Positions 46,875 through 55,732 of a stretch of 64,000 bases of DNA are shown piece by piece. Origin of the DNA: Chloroflexota bacterium (GTDB lineage: Bacteria > Chloroflexota > UBA11872 > JBHOQS01). The DNA is taken from contig JBHOQS010000025.1 in NCBI GenBank assembly GCA_042408875.1, positions 41,391-105,390 on the forward strand, in the 5' to 3' direction. The position numbers and the translations under genes are program-made. Every line of letters begins with the position of its first letter. Within the stretch, counting starts at the first letter, position 1. Below the pieces are notes generated by a model. That model was not told the origin of the DNA. It saw only the letters and a program-made list of their open reading frames with translations, and did not search any database.

Positions 46875-48588
46875 CGACGTGTGCCCAGAGTGTGTAGAGC
46901 CCAAACGTGACGATCGGATCATAGTACCCCTCGATGGCGCGGCGCAACACCTCACCTTCGAAGGGATCAAGCGTTAGCAGGATCACGTACTTAATGCGAT
47001 GGCCCAGCAGTTCACCTTCCAAACGCTCTCCCCTGAGCCCCAGGTGCCAGAGCACGTCCAGGTCGATGAAGTTACGGTTGCGCGAATAGAAGGCCACGTC
47101 TTTTGCGCCGACGTAGAACTGCTCGGCGCTATCGTTTAAAGAGTCAAAGAAGCGCGCCATCTCCACCTGGCCGGAGAGGCCGTAGAAATAGTGCGTCGAG
47201 CCGCGGGCGGCGAACTGGCGATCCAGCACGCCACCCGCCCAGGCCAGGGCGATCATGGCAAGCAGCAAGGCGAACTGACGGCCGAGATGCTGACGGCCGA
47301 GCACTGCCCCGGCCAGCAACAGTCCCAGCAGCAGCGCGGCCGGTTTAACTACCAGGGAGTCAAGGAAGGGCGGGGGCGGCATGACCAGGTGTCGGTCGCC
47401 CACACTCATGAAGAAGTACCAGCCGGAGGCAGCCAGCGCGAGTCCCCCCAGGGCCACGTCCCGCCAATCCAGGCAGCTGGCTAGACGGCTGAGGAGATAG
47501 GCTGCTCCCACAGCGACGAACGGCATCATAGTGATATGGTATTTCGGGAAGTTCGCCGCCAGCTTGACAAGGTAGAGAAGGAAGATGCCGCCGCCGTACA
47601 GCAACACGATATCCACTGGCTCTGCCCGGCCGCCGGTAAGATAGTCGCGTGCCCGCAGCAAGCAGGCCCAGCCGAAGAGGACGAGCAGGTACGGCGAGGC
47701 CCACAGTACTACATGCCCGGCCACGCGTGCTAGCGCCTCCGGCGAGGCTAGCGATCGGCTGCCCGCTGCCGCATCCAGGAACTCCGCGGCCAGCACCTCG
47801 AACGGCATCTCGAACGGCATGCCCTGCCAGGTGCTGATGCCCCACCATGAGCCCAGGAAGAGCGCTCCGCCGCCCAGCGCAATCGCCAGGGGTTCCACCA
47901 GCGCAGCGATGAGCTTGCCCTGCTGGAGGCGGTACAGCGCGAGTGCGACGACGATACCGAGCGGCGTCGTCATCTTCGCCCAGAGCGCCAGCGCCAGCGC
48001 CGGCATGAGGAGCCACAGCCATACGACGCGCCCGCTCGTCACCAGACGCACTCCCAGGAGCGCCAGCACGGTGACGAGCAGCACAAGCACTGTGCCGTCG
48101 ATATCTAACAGGCGCGCGCTCTGCACCGTCAGCGGATTGACCCAGAAAAGACAGGCTGCCAGCAGCGCCAGGGGCATCCGTGCCGGCGCGCGCGGGAGTA
48201 CGGCAAGCGCCAGCAGGTAGACCAGAATGCCGGTGAGGGCACCGCAGACGATGCCCAGCCAGCGGGCGCTGGCCTCCGAGAGGCCGCCGAGCTTGAGGAA
48301 GAGACCCAGCGTGTAGACGTACAGTGGCGGATGCCAGAGGGCCCACTGATACTGCGGCCCTGGCTCGCCGTTGTGGGTGAGAAAGCCGGCGTTAGCCAGC
48401 GGACGGCCGGTCTCGGCTACGGCCTGTCCGGCGAAGAAGAAGTTGACCTCATCGTAGACCAGCGGCTTCTGCAGGCCGCGCGTGGCCAGCACCAGAAAGC
48501 CGGCGAGAGCGCCCAGGAGCAGCAGCAACCACAGACGATGCCGGTGTTCCGGCTGCTCTGCGACGCCGGCAGGCCATGGGGCGTGCAT
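46867..48588 (-). CDS. GT39/GT83-type lipid-carrier-dependent glycosyltransferase (PMT/ArnT-like), polytopic
   Basis: The N-terminal loop motif YDEVNFFFAGQ (DE motif). 573 aa with more than 10 TM helices. Confidence 0.65.
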   Translation of the reverse strand: MHAPWPAGVAEQPEHRHRLWLLLLLGALAGFLVLATRGLQKPLVYDEVNFFFAGQAVAETGRPLANAGFLTHNGEPGPQYQWALWHPPLYVYTLGLFLKLGGLSEASARWLGIVCGALTGILVYLLALAVLPRAPARMPLALLAACLFWVNPLTVQSARLLDIDGTVLVLLVTVLALLGVRLVTSGRVVWLWLLMPALALALWAKMTTPLGIVVALALYRLQQGKLIAALVEPLAIALGGGALFLGSWWGISTWQGMPFEMPFEVLAAEFLDAAAGSRSLASPEALARVAGHVVLWASPYLLVLFGWACLLRARDYLTGGRAEPVDIVLLYGGGIFLLYLVKLAANFPKYHITMMPFVAVGAAYLLSRLASCLDWRDVALGGLALAASGWYFFMSVGDRHLVMPPPPFLDSLVVKPAALLLGLLLAGAVLGRQHLGRQFALLLAMIALAWAGGVLDRQFAARGSTHYFYGLSGQVEMARFFDSLNDSAEQFYVGAKDVAFYSRNRNFIDLDVLWHLGLRGERLEGELLGHRIKYVILLTLDPFEGEVLRRAIEGYYDPIVTFGLYTLWAHVDE

Positions 48589-48597
48589 CGGGATTAA

Positions 48598-49362
48598 TTA
48601 GTCAGCGTAATCTACAGAGTCCGCCGGCCGTCCTGGGCGCGGCAGACCGGCGCCGACAAGGGTTATGAGCCGGTAGCGCAGGATCAAGCCGATCATACGC
48701 AGGCCCACTCCTACCGCCGTCGGCAGCGAGCCAGTGATCTTGGACTGTCCTACGCGACCGCGGTAGTTCACCGGCACCTCGATGACGCGCAAGCCGTGGA
48801 GCAAGGCCAGGATCACCATCTCCGGCAGGAAGTGGGAGCCGCCGACAGTGAAGCGGTCCAGGATACGCGCCAGCGCCTCACGACGGATCAAGCGCATGGT
48901 GCAGCCACAGTCGGAGAGCGAGGGGCCGTCGAAGAGCACCTGGAGCAGCTTGGCCACGAGCACGTTGCCGAAGCGCAGGAACCAGCCCATGTTTGCTTCG
49001 TGCCAGATCAGCTCACGCGTCGTGCGCGTGCCCATGACCATGTCGAAGTCATCGGCGAAGCTGAGCAGCTTGAGCACATCCTTGCCCATGAAGGTGCCGT
49101 CGGGCTCGGCCAGGATGATGTAGTCGCCGCTGGCCTCGCGCAGCCCGCGCTGGAGCGCATAGCCGTAGCCCTGCCGCGTCTCGGTCACGACGCGTGCTCC
49201 CGCCGCCAGCGCCAGCGCCGCCGTGTCATCGGACGAGTTGTTGTCCACCACCAGCACTTCATCCACCGCCGGACAGGCAAGGAAGTCTGCCACTGCCCGC
49301 GCGATACCAGTGGCCTCGTTGTATGCCGGAAAGACGACGCTGACGCTCTTGCCCAGCCACAT
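48598..49362 (-). CDS. GT2 polyprenyl-phosphate glycosyltransferase (DPM1/ArnC-like)
   Basis: VSVVFPAYNEATGI...VVDNNSSDDT...ILAEPDG are GT2 DxD-type motifs. C-terminal TM anchor. Confidence 0.7.
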   Translation of the reverse strand: MWLGKSVSVVFPAYNEATGIARAVADFLACPAVDEVLVVDNNSSDDTAALALAAGARVVTETRQGYGYALQRGLREASGDYIILAEPDGTFMGKDVLKLLSFADDFDMVMGTRTTRELIWHEANMGWFLRFGNVLVAKLLQVLFDGPSLSDCGCTMRLIRREALARILDRFTVGGSHFLPEMVILALLHGLRVIEVPVNYRGRVGQSKITGSLPTAVGVGLRMIGLILRYRLITLVGAGLPRPGRPADSVDYAD

Positions 49363-49694
49363 CGTGGCGCTCTCTGGTGCTTCAAGAAAAAGTTAGCAGG
49401 AGTATAGCAGCCCGATCACGTGCGAGACAACTGCTGCCAGCGGATTAGGGGAACGGATTGAGCGGATACTCCGTTATGCGTTCTGGCTACATATGTAGCG
49501 TAGGCCTCGTCCTTCGTCGTCCGGTTCACGTAGGGCAGGGGCTCGTCCCCCGCCGCCCAGCGCCCATGACAGGGGACGAACCCGCCCCACTTAAGCGCAA
49601 GCGCTCATCAATCCACCTATGACTGTGCCCTGCCGTACCCCCGCCGCAGCACAGATTGCATTATCCAGGTAGATGCTTTGCATCGGGCATCCGC

Positions 49695-50153
49695 TCAATC
49701 CGTTCCCCCAATCCGTTGACAGCTATCCACGCAGGCGGGCTGGCGGCCGAACAACCGGTAGCGGTTGCGCGCCACCCAGACGTAGAGCCGATCGGCCAGC
49801 GGGCGTATGAGAGGAACCTCGTACAGATGCGCCAGCAGACCGACGATGGGGACGGTCTTGAGGATGCGCGCCACGGCTGCTGCGCCGGCCGTATAGCGGC
49901 CATCCGGCTCGATCACGTGCATCTGCGCGCGCAGGCGCTCGGGCGTCAGCGCCGGTGGAAGGATCTCTCGCAGCCCTGGCGATTGCAGGGGCACGAACAG
50001 AAAGGCGCGCCGCGGCGTGATGCGCTGCAGCAACGTTGCCTGCCGCGTACAGAACGGGCATTCGGCGTCGTAGAGCACCAGCGGCGCCTTCGGGGCTACG
50101 CTACGTTCGTACACTGCGGATGCGTCTGGTCTATCAAGCATGCTGTCGGCCAT
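49695..50153 (-). CDS. DCC-family thiol-disulfide oxidoreductase (DUF393)
   Basis: LVLYDAECPFCTRQATLL is the N-terminal CxxC motif of DUF393. Confidence 0.6.
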   Translation of the reverse strand: MADSMLDRPDASAVYERSVAPKAPLVLYDAECPFCTRQATLLQRITPRRAFLFVPLQSPGLREILPPALTPERLRAQMHVIEPDGRYTAGAAAVARILKTVPIVGLLAHLYEVPLIRPLADRLYVWVARNRYRLFGRQPACVDSCQRIGGTD

Positions 50154-50363
50154 CGTGCGTTCGTGCCTCGCCGCTCCACTTAGCTATAGTGTACCCCCAA
50201 TGAGCGCGCGACTGCCGCACCGGACGACCTTGCCGGGATTGCCTCCGCTCAGTTGTGGGAACAGGCGGCCCTGGCGGGCGCTGCTCCAGCATGCGGCGAG
50301 CCAATTCTGCCGGACTGAGCGGTTGTTCTCGCTTCTGCTGCTTGTGTAGCTCTCTGACTCTAG

Positions 50364-50413
50364 AACAATTGAGACGCTTCAGACCGGACAGACGCGCTGC
50401 GGGAGCTCAGGGG
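50364..50413 (-). repeat. copy A of a 50-bp conserved element (AACAATTGAGACGC...CGGACA.AC.CGCTGCGGGAG.TCA.GG) upstream of the DCC gene
   Basis: 80 % identical (40/50) to 52914..52963. Both copies share orientation relative to downstream minus-strand genes. Confidence 0.7.
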
Positions 50414-50610
50414 ATCGCCGCGACCACCGCGGCGAGCGCCTGGATATCCAACCCATCGCACCCCGGCCAGTGCTTTCTGTGCCGCGGCCACACAGGCGCG
50501 GCGTGGTGGCTGAAGCGCGGGAAGTACTACGCGGGCCCGCGCAGCTAGCTATGTAGCCTGCAGATAGGCGTTTATCATGGCAGTTCGGGCGAGACCGTCG
50601 CCGAGAATTA

Positions 50611-51135
50611 CTATCTCGGCGGGTTCTGTTGTTGCCTTGCTAAGCGCACGCGGAGCCTGTTCACCGTATCCACGGCGAACTGATGGGGGGCGACTCCAGC
50701 GTCGTCAGCCAGACCAACTGCGTACTGTACACCATCATTCGAAGTAGGTTGTTTCGGCTGCCAGAGTTCCACCACCAAGACCCCGAGAAACCGACCACCG
50801 CCCTGATCATCCAGCCGACCCAGAGTGGGGCTGACGCGGTGGCTAAGTGTAGGGGGCGCCGATTGCTGTCGCGCCAGGAGCGGGCCAAGCTTGGTAACCG
50901 CTTGCCTGGCAAAGTTATTTGCTTGGTCTATTGCGTTTGCAGCATCCACGGGCGACACCGCGAACCACAACCCGTCCGTCATCGTCGGGTCATATGGCTG
51001 CCAAGCTTCTACGACCAAGCGACCAAGATACGTGCCATCCAAGCGACCAAGCACCGGATTCTGTCCCCAGATAGGCGAGACTGGTTCCCGAGGCGGGCCG
51101 CTTTGTTGCAAGGTTAGTCGCCATCTGTTTGCCAT
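50611..51135 (-). CDS. hypothetical 174-aa protein made of two roughly 80-aa internal repeats; no signal peptide
   Basis: MANRWRL...VSPIWGQNPVLGRLDGTYLGRLVVEAWQPYDP... and ...VSPTLGRLDDQGGGRFLGVLVVELWQPKQP.... GAGGAGG lies 9 nt upstream of the ATG at 51135. The upstream part of ORF 50611..51372 overlaps the Cys-rich gene in another frame and is rejected. Confidence 0.5.
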   Translation of the reverse strand: MANRWRLTLQQSGPPREPVSPIWGQNPVLGRLDGTYLGRLVVEAWQPYDPTMTDGLWFAVSPVDAANAIDQANNFARQAVTKLGPLLARQQSAPPTLSHRVSPTLGRLDDQGGGRFLGVLVVELWQPKQPTSNDGVQYAVGLADDAGVAPHQFAVDTVNRLRVRLARQQQNPPR

Positions 51136-51169
51136 CGTGACACCTGCCTCCTCGTTTTCGCCGATGCTG

Positions 51170-51535
51170 TTAACATGCGGTCGGATCGGAACACCATCCA
51201 TACCCACCACAGCAGGCGATTGAATACACCAGAGCCCTGGGAGGATTGCACGGTTGTCCTGCCCGTTCCCATGCATCGCAATGAATGCAGCACGATATCT
51301 GGATGTCACTGCATGGACTGGAGCAGTTCCACGCACAGCTGACGCAGGAGCTACAATTACCCGGACAAGCACGGCACTCAGCAGCGTATGCTGCCGGCGG
51401 TATGCGTATTCCCAGGCTCAAGAGTACAGCTCCTACCGAGGTAGCAGCAATACGTCCGATGCCTCCTAAGTAGCCCCGGCGGGAAAACGCACGAGTCAGC
51501 AGAACAAAGGGCGGGCTGGTGTCATAATCGTTCAT
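51170..51535 (-). CDS. Tat-signal cysteine-rich small protein (15 Cys in a 70-aa predicted mature part)
   Basis: MNDYDTSPPFVLLTRAFSRRGYLGGIGRIAATSVGAVLLSLGIRIPPAAYA|AECRACPGNCSSCVSCAWNCSSPCSDIQISCCIHCDAWERAGQPCNPPRALVYSIACCGGYGWCSDPTAC. It has a twin-arginine motif SRRGYL, an h-region, an AxA site, then CxxCxxCxxxC spacing and CC pairs. The start overlaps the upstream stop (ATGA). Confidence 0.6.
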   Translation of the reverse strand: MNDYDTSPPFVLLTRAFSRRGYLGGIGRIAATSVGAVLLSLGIRIPPAAYAAECRACPGNCSSCVSCAWNCSSPCSDIQISCCIHCDAWERAGQPCNPPRALVYSIACCGGYGWCSDPTAC

Positions 51536-52194
51536 GCTCCATTTCCCCTTCCTTGGAACGTCACTTCCGGTTCACGTGGCCGCCCATCACCAGCAGTGAT
51601 AGGCCCAACTTGCCCTGCGGGTGGAGCTTTGAGGATGCCACGGAGATGCTCCACCGTCACAGGAAACAGCTTTCGCTGGATCCGCCCAGCGGGATCCACT
51701 ACTAAGCCAAACGGCGTAGCCGTGACACCCCAGAGCCGTGCCGTCCCACTTGACGGGTCCGCAACGACCTTCACATCGTCACCAAGCTGGTGGTCATCCC
51801 ACCACCTGCTAGTTGCTGCAGTATCGCTACGGAGAATAAGCAGCAGGCGCCAGCCTACCAGACCAGCCTGTTCGATTTCGGCTCTTGCGCCCCGCACTAT
51901 GTTCTCACATGGTTGGCAGCCTGGCTCGATCACCAGAATGAACAGGAAGGACCCCAAGAAGCGCTGCAGAGCGACAACACCGTGACCAGGCTCCTCAAAC
52001 GATAAATGTGGCACGAGTTCACCCACACGCAGTTCTGCCGCGTTCGTTCCAAATCGGAGAATCGGGCCGACCGCTTCAAACAGCAGACCAAGGTGCCGTA
52101 GCACTGCCACCATCATGACGCACAGGCCCAACGCGATGATCCACAACAACGCGTAGGATACGAGGAAGGCACTGGTCAGTGCGGACTCGTTCAC
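51532..52194 (-). CDS. membrane-anchored thioredoxin-fold thiol:disulfide oxidoreductase (TlpA/ResA/MauD-like), active site GCQPC
   Basis: N-terminal TM LVSYALLWIIALGLCVMMVAVL, then a thioredoxin-like domain with CQPC. Confidence 0.65.
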   Translation of the reverse strand: MNESALTSAFLVSYALLWIIALGLCVMMVAVLRHLGLLFEAVGPILRFGTNAAELRVGELVPHLSFEEPGHGVVALQRFLGSFLFILVIEPGCQPCENIVRGARAEIEQAGLVGWRLLLILRSDTAATSRWWDDHQLGDDVKVVADPSSGTARLWGVTATPFGLVVDPAGRIQRKLFPVTVEHLRGILKAPPAGQVGPITAGDGRPREPEVTFQGRGNGA

Positions 52195-52206
52195 GTGACC
52201 CCCTCC

Positions 52207-52821
52207 TCAGTGCGAGCGGGCCGTCTCTGCGCGCAGGAGACGGTGAGTTCGAGCAACCTTCGACTGTAGGACTATCACCTCGTCGAGCAACAACACTATG
52301 AACAGCAGCAACATTGCAGCTGTGAAAGTGAGCAGCGCCGTGTCTAGCTTCAGCAACACACCCAGATCTTGTTCCAGCGCTTTCATCAGTGCGGCTCTGG
52401 GGGAATACCGACTCACAATCACTGGGATGAGCACAATCGCACCTAATCCACAGTTGCGCGCGATAGAGTTCCAGCCGACCGTTGCCGATCGGAATAGACC
52501 AGTGCATCCGCATGGAACTGCCCGTCCACGCCGCATGGCAACTGCTATCACGCCTGTGAAGACGGCCAGTAGACCGAGCGTAGCCGCGGACGCGGTCGTC
52601 AGAAATTGCCCACTGAGCCAAAGTAGACCCAAAGCAATCTCAACGATGGGGAGCACCAGCACGACCGGGCGCCGCAGCGCAGCAGGTCCGACATCGTACG
52701 TCTTGATGGCATCCCAGAAGTCTTGCGGGTGGCGCAGCTTGTCGACTCCCGACAAGAGGAACACTGCCGCCAAGACCAATCGACCAGCTATGCCGAATGC
52801 GTGAGAAATCATGGGATCCAA
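52207..52821 (-). CDS. MauE/DoxX-family membrane protein
   Basis: Four TM helices and the conserved PCGCTGLF (CGC) motif typical of MauE. Confidence 0.65.
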   Translation of the reverse strand: MDPMISHAFGIAGRLVLAAVFLLSGVDKLRHPQDFWDAIKTYDVGPAALRRPVVLVLPIVEIALGLLWLSGQFLTTASAATLGLLAVFTGVIAVAMRRGRAVPCGCTGLFRSATVGWNSIARNCGLGAIVLIPVIVSRYSPRAALMKALEQDLGVLLKLDTALLTFTAAMLLLFIVLLLDEVIVLQSKVARTHRLLRAETARSH

Positions 52822-52913
52822 TTTGCCAACTCCGGCTTGCTGCTGTTAGCCTCTGTCGCTGCGCCCGAAGTGTGCGCCGAGCCTGACGCCTCCCGCTTAC
52901 CCTGCTAATTTAA

Positions 52914-52963
52914 AACAATTGAGACGCCGCAAATCGGACACACTCGCTGCGGGAGTTCACGGC
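52914..52963 (-). repeat. copy B of the 50-bp conserved element, about 90 nt upstream of the MauE-like gene start
   Basis: See copy A. AACAATTGAGACGCCGCAAATCGGACACACTCGCTGCGGGAGTTCACGGC. Confidence 0.7.
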
Positions 52964-53153
52964 TTTAGGCTGCATAAGTACGCTACCACTGGCTCATACG
53001 ACTGAGAAGGCGCGACCGGGCCATTTTGCCTGGCTTCTCCGGGCCATTTTCTCTGGCCCAAGAGGGCCATGCGCAGGGCTCGCTCGAGCCGGCCAGCCTC
53101 AACGAACATCGCCGGTGTTCTGTGGGGACAGGGGCAACCTGAGCCGGCCGGGC

Positions 53154-53873
53154 TCACCTACCGGACGTGTCTTGCCTCTCCGCCCTCTCTGCATCCGGCA
53201 GCCGATCGAAGCCATGCCGCACCGCCCAGGCTGCCAGGGCAATGCGGTTGCTGACGCCCGCAGTCTTACACAGACGCTTCACGTGATGATCGATCGTGTG
53301 CTCGCTGCGGTGCAAGCGCTGCCCGATCTCGCGATCAGACAGGCCCTGCGCCACCAGCGCCAGGACCTCGATGTCGCTTTCGCGGGGCAGAACGATGCCT
53401 CCAGCCCCCGGCGTCCACCTGCGCTCACCCATCAGGCCCTGCAGAAGCGCCTCCTGCTCAGGGCTCAGGTCCAGATGGATGACCCGACTGCCCTGTGCGG
53501 CGCGTCGTAGGAGGTGGGGGATCTGCTGGGGCTCCACGGATGCGTCCACGAAGCTGCGCACCCCTGCAGCGACCAGGCGCTGGAACGTCCGGACGCGGTG
53601 CAGGTGCGTACAGCACACCAGAGCCAGGAGCGGGAGCTCCGACTGCCGCTCCCGGACCGCCCGGCAGAACTGCACAGCAGCATCCGGGTCGTGGTACACG
53701 TCAACCGCCACTAGGCTCGCCGTGGCAAGGTCCCCAGCATGTTGCGCCAGGGCCTCGACGGCGACCGGAAGGTGGATGACGGCGAAGGGAGCCGAGGCGC
53801 TGCATGCCAGATGGGTGAAGAAGTCGCAGGTGGCCTGCCGAGATGTGGCGAGCAGCAGACGCATGGGCTCCAT
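53154..53873 (-). CDS. LuxR-family regulator (degenerate receiver-like N-domain plus C-terminal LuxR HTH)
   Basis: EVLALVAQGLSDREIGQRLHRSEHTIDHHVKRLCKTAGVSNRIALAAWAV is a LuxR-type HTH. Confidence 0.65.
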   Translation of the reverse strand: MEPMRLLLATSRQATCDFFTHLACSASAPFAVIHLPVAVEALAQHAGDLATASLVAVDVYHDPDAAVQFCRAVRERQSELPLLALVCCTHLHRVRTFQRLVAAGVRSFVDASVEPQQIPHLLRRAAQGSRVIHLDLSPEQEALLQGLMGERRWTPGAGGIVLPRESDIEVLALVAQGLSDREIGQRLHRSEHTIDHHVKRLCKTAGVSNRIALAAWAVRHGFDRLPDAERAERQDTSGR

Positions 53874-54023
53874 AGCGCCCCCTATCTAGCACAGCCCCGA
53901 CAAGGCCGGCAGGGAATGGGCATCGTGCGGTACACCGACACCTAGCGCGCCGGTCCCGTCCTCGGTGGGGCGTGGCGGAGCGGTTCGTCGTGGGCGCTGC
54001 AGCGCCCGTGCTCGCCTGAAGAA

Positions 54024-54108
54024 TGCACTTATGAAAGTTGAAAACTTGATCGGGTAATCACGCTGAGGCGTGATTACCCGATCAAGCTGTTAAAGTTCAT
54101 TAGTGCAC
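54024..54108. repeat. 85-bp AT-rich imperfect palindrome with a perfect 19-bp inner stem CTTGATCGGGTAATCACGC-tgag-GCGTGATTACCCGATCAAG; on the minus strand it is followed by UUUUCAACUUUCAU (terminator-like or MITE-like)
   Basis: Seen directly. It lies 240 bp downstream of the APH-like gene on the minus strand. Confidence 0.55.
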
Positions 54109-54325
54109 ACTACCAACAGGCGCTACACGACTGGACCGGCGCTCTAGCAGGCCACAGCGTACAAATCCGAGTCTGTTTGCCGCCTATTGTAGCGTTATGT
54201 CACGAAGGTGACGAGCAGGTCTTCAACCAGACGGTGACATACATGTTCGGCCTGCGCAGGGCGAAAAGATCGTGTACTTTCGCAGAGCAGCGTCGCGGCA
54301 CTCAGCAGCGCCGCTGTGCGCCGGC

Positions 54326-55267
54326 CTAGAGGATCGCGAGCGCGCGCTGTATGTGGTGCGCTAGCTCTCCGCCGTGTACCCAGCGCTGCAGGGCGGGATG
54401 CACCCAGGCGGGCAGGCGCGGACGCGCGGCGGCGAGATGGAGCGCATACAGGATCGCGATCGGGGCGTCCAGCAGCACCTCCCGCTCATCGACCGGGCCA
54501 TAGCGTTCGCGGAACGCCGCCTGTGCCCGAGGACCTAGCGCCCCCACGACGTTGCGGTAGTCGCTGGCGGCCGGTCCGATGCCGAGCGCGTGATAATCAT
54601 AGACGATAGCGCGTCGCACCGGCTCATCCGGCGCGCGCCGGCGCGCCAGCGCCAGGTTAGTCCAGTGGAAATCATCGTAGATGAGCGTCTCAGGGAGGGA
54701 CCGCAGCGCGGCTTTCAGAGGCTCGATGCAGTCGGCGGCGAGCGTCCACACCGGATGGCCGACCAGGCCGAGCCGCTTCCCCAGATCCAGGATAGTGTGG
54801 GCGTCCAGCACATCCCCCTCCCGGCGCAGATAGGTCGGCGGCCCCTCCGACGCTGCGAGCACTTCCCGACCGGCCGCATGCAGTGCCCGGTACCATGTCG
54901 CCACAGCCGCCCCGGTCTCGGGCTGCTGCATATCTGTTTCGGTGGCCAGCCGCCACACCGCACTCGTGGCCAGATCCTCAAGCAGCAGCGCCTGCTCCGT
55001 GCGCGCGTACACCGGCAGGGTCGGGACGCCGTGTGCTGCCAGCAGCGCGTAGATGCGCACCTCCATGGCCTGTGCCGGCTCCGGGAACCATTTCAGCACG
55101 AACGACCGCGCGCCGCATTCTAGACGATACACGGCATGGCCGTGCCGTTGATGCAGACACGCCACGCGGGTGATCTCCCGCGGGTCCAGGCCGATCCGGC
55201 GCGGGTCGCATGTCCTGGGCAGTGCACTCAGCGGCTCTATGTGGATCTTGCTGCCCCTGTCGGTCAT
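54326..55267 (-). CDS. phosphotransferase-family (APH/choline-kinase-like) protein
   Basis: The Brenner-like motif ...LIYDDFHWTNLAL... and ...VYDYHALG... (HxDxxxxN / D-motif pattern) of APH-fold kinases. Confidence 0.55.
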   Translation of the reverse strand: MTDRGSKIHIEPLSALPRTCDPRRIGLDPREITRVACLHQRHGHAVYRLECGARSFVLKWFPEPAQAMEVRIYALLAAHGVPTLPVYARTEQALLLEDLATSAVWRLATETDMQQPETGAAVATWYRALHAAGREVLAASEGPPTYLRREGDVLDAHTILDLGKRLGLVGHPVWTLAADCIEPLKAALRSLPETLIYDDFHWTNLALARRRAPDEPVRRAIVYDYHALGIGPAASDYRNVVGALGPRAQAAFRERYGPVDEREVLLDAPIAILYALHLAAARPRLPAWVHPALQRWVHGGELAHHIQRALAIL

Positions 55268-55327
55268 CGCTCTTCAGGGTCGGAGCCTCCTCCCTGTAGC
55301 AATGACCACTCTATGAGGATGACCATT

Positions 55328-55681
55328 CTATGGGATGACCACCGTCACCTTCTCGCCCTCGACCTCGACAGGGTACGTCACCACCTTCACCTCGGGATCG
55401 AACACCGACTGCCCGGTGGTGATGTCGTACTCCCAGCCGTGCCAGGGACAGCGCAGGATGCGTCCTTGCATGCCGTATTGAAACTGGTATACGTTCGAGG
55501 GCAGCGTCGTCCCGCTGACCTTGCCCAGGCAGACGCGCGCGCACTGGTGGGGACAGACGTTTTTCAGGGCGTAGAACCGCCCGTCCAGGTTGAAGATGCC
55601 CACCTCGCGGCGCTCGACTTTGACGATCTTGCGCCCGCCAGGCGGAATCTCGTCGACGGTGGCGACCACATGGCGGCCCAT
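55328..55681 (-). CDS. Rieske [2Fe-2S] domain protein (small ferredoxin/NirD-like)
   Basis: CPHQCARV...CPWHGWEYD is the Rieske CxH...CxxH motif. Confidence 0.75.
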   Translation of the reverse strand: MGRHVVATVDEIPPGGRKIVKVERREVGIFNLDGRFYALKNVCPHQCARVCLGKVSGTTLPSNVYQFQYGMQGRILRCPWHGWEYDITTGQSVFDPEVKVVTYPVEVEGEKVTVVIP

Positions 55682-55732
55682 GGCTCCCCCCGATCGAGCA
55701 GGCTGGGGGCGTATGCGTATACGCCCTCCGTC

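Noticed and set aside
47360-48346. 328-aa alternate-frame ORF inside the GT39 gene
   Set aside because: Same strand but a different frame from a motif-supported membrane protein; low-complexity Ala/Arg/Gly translation.
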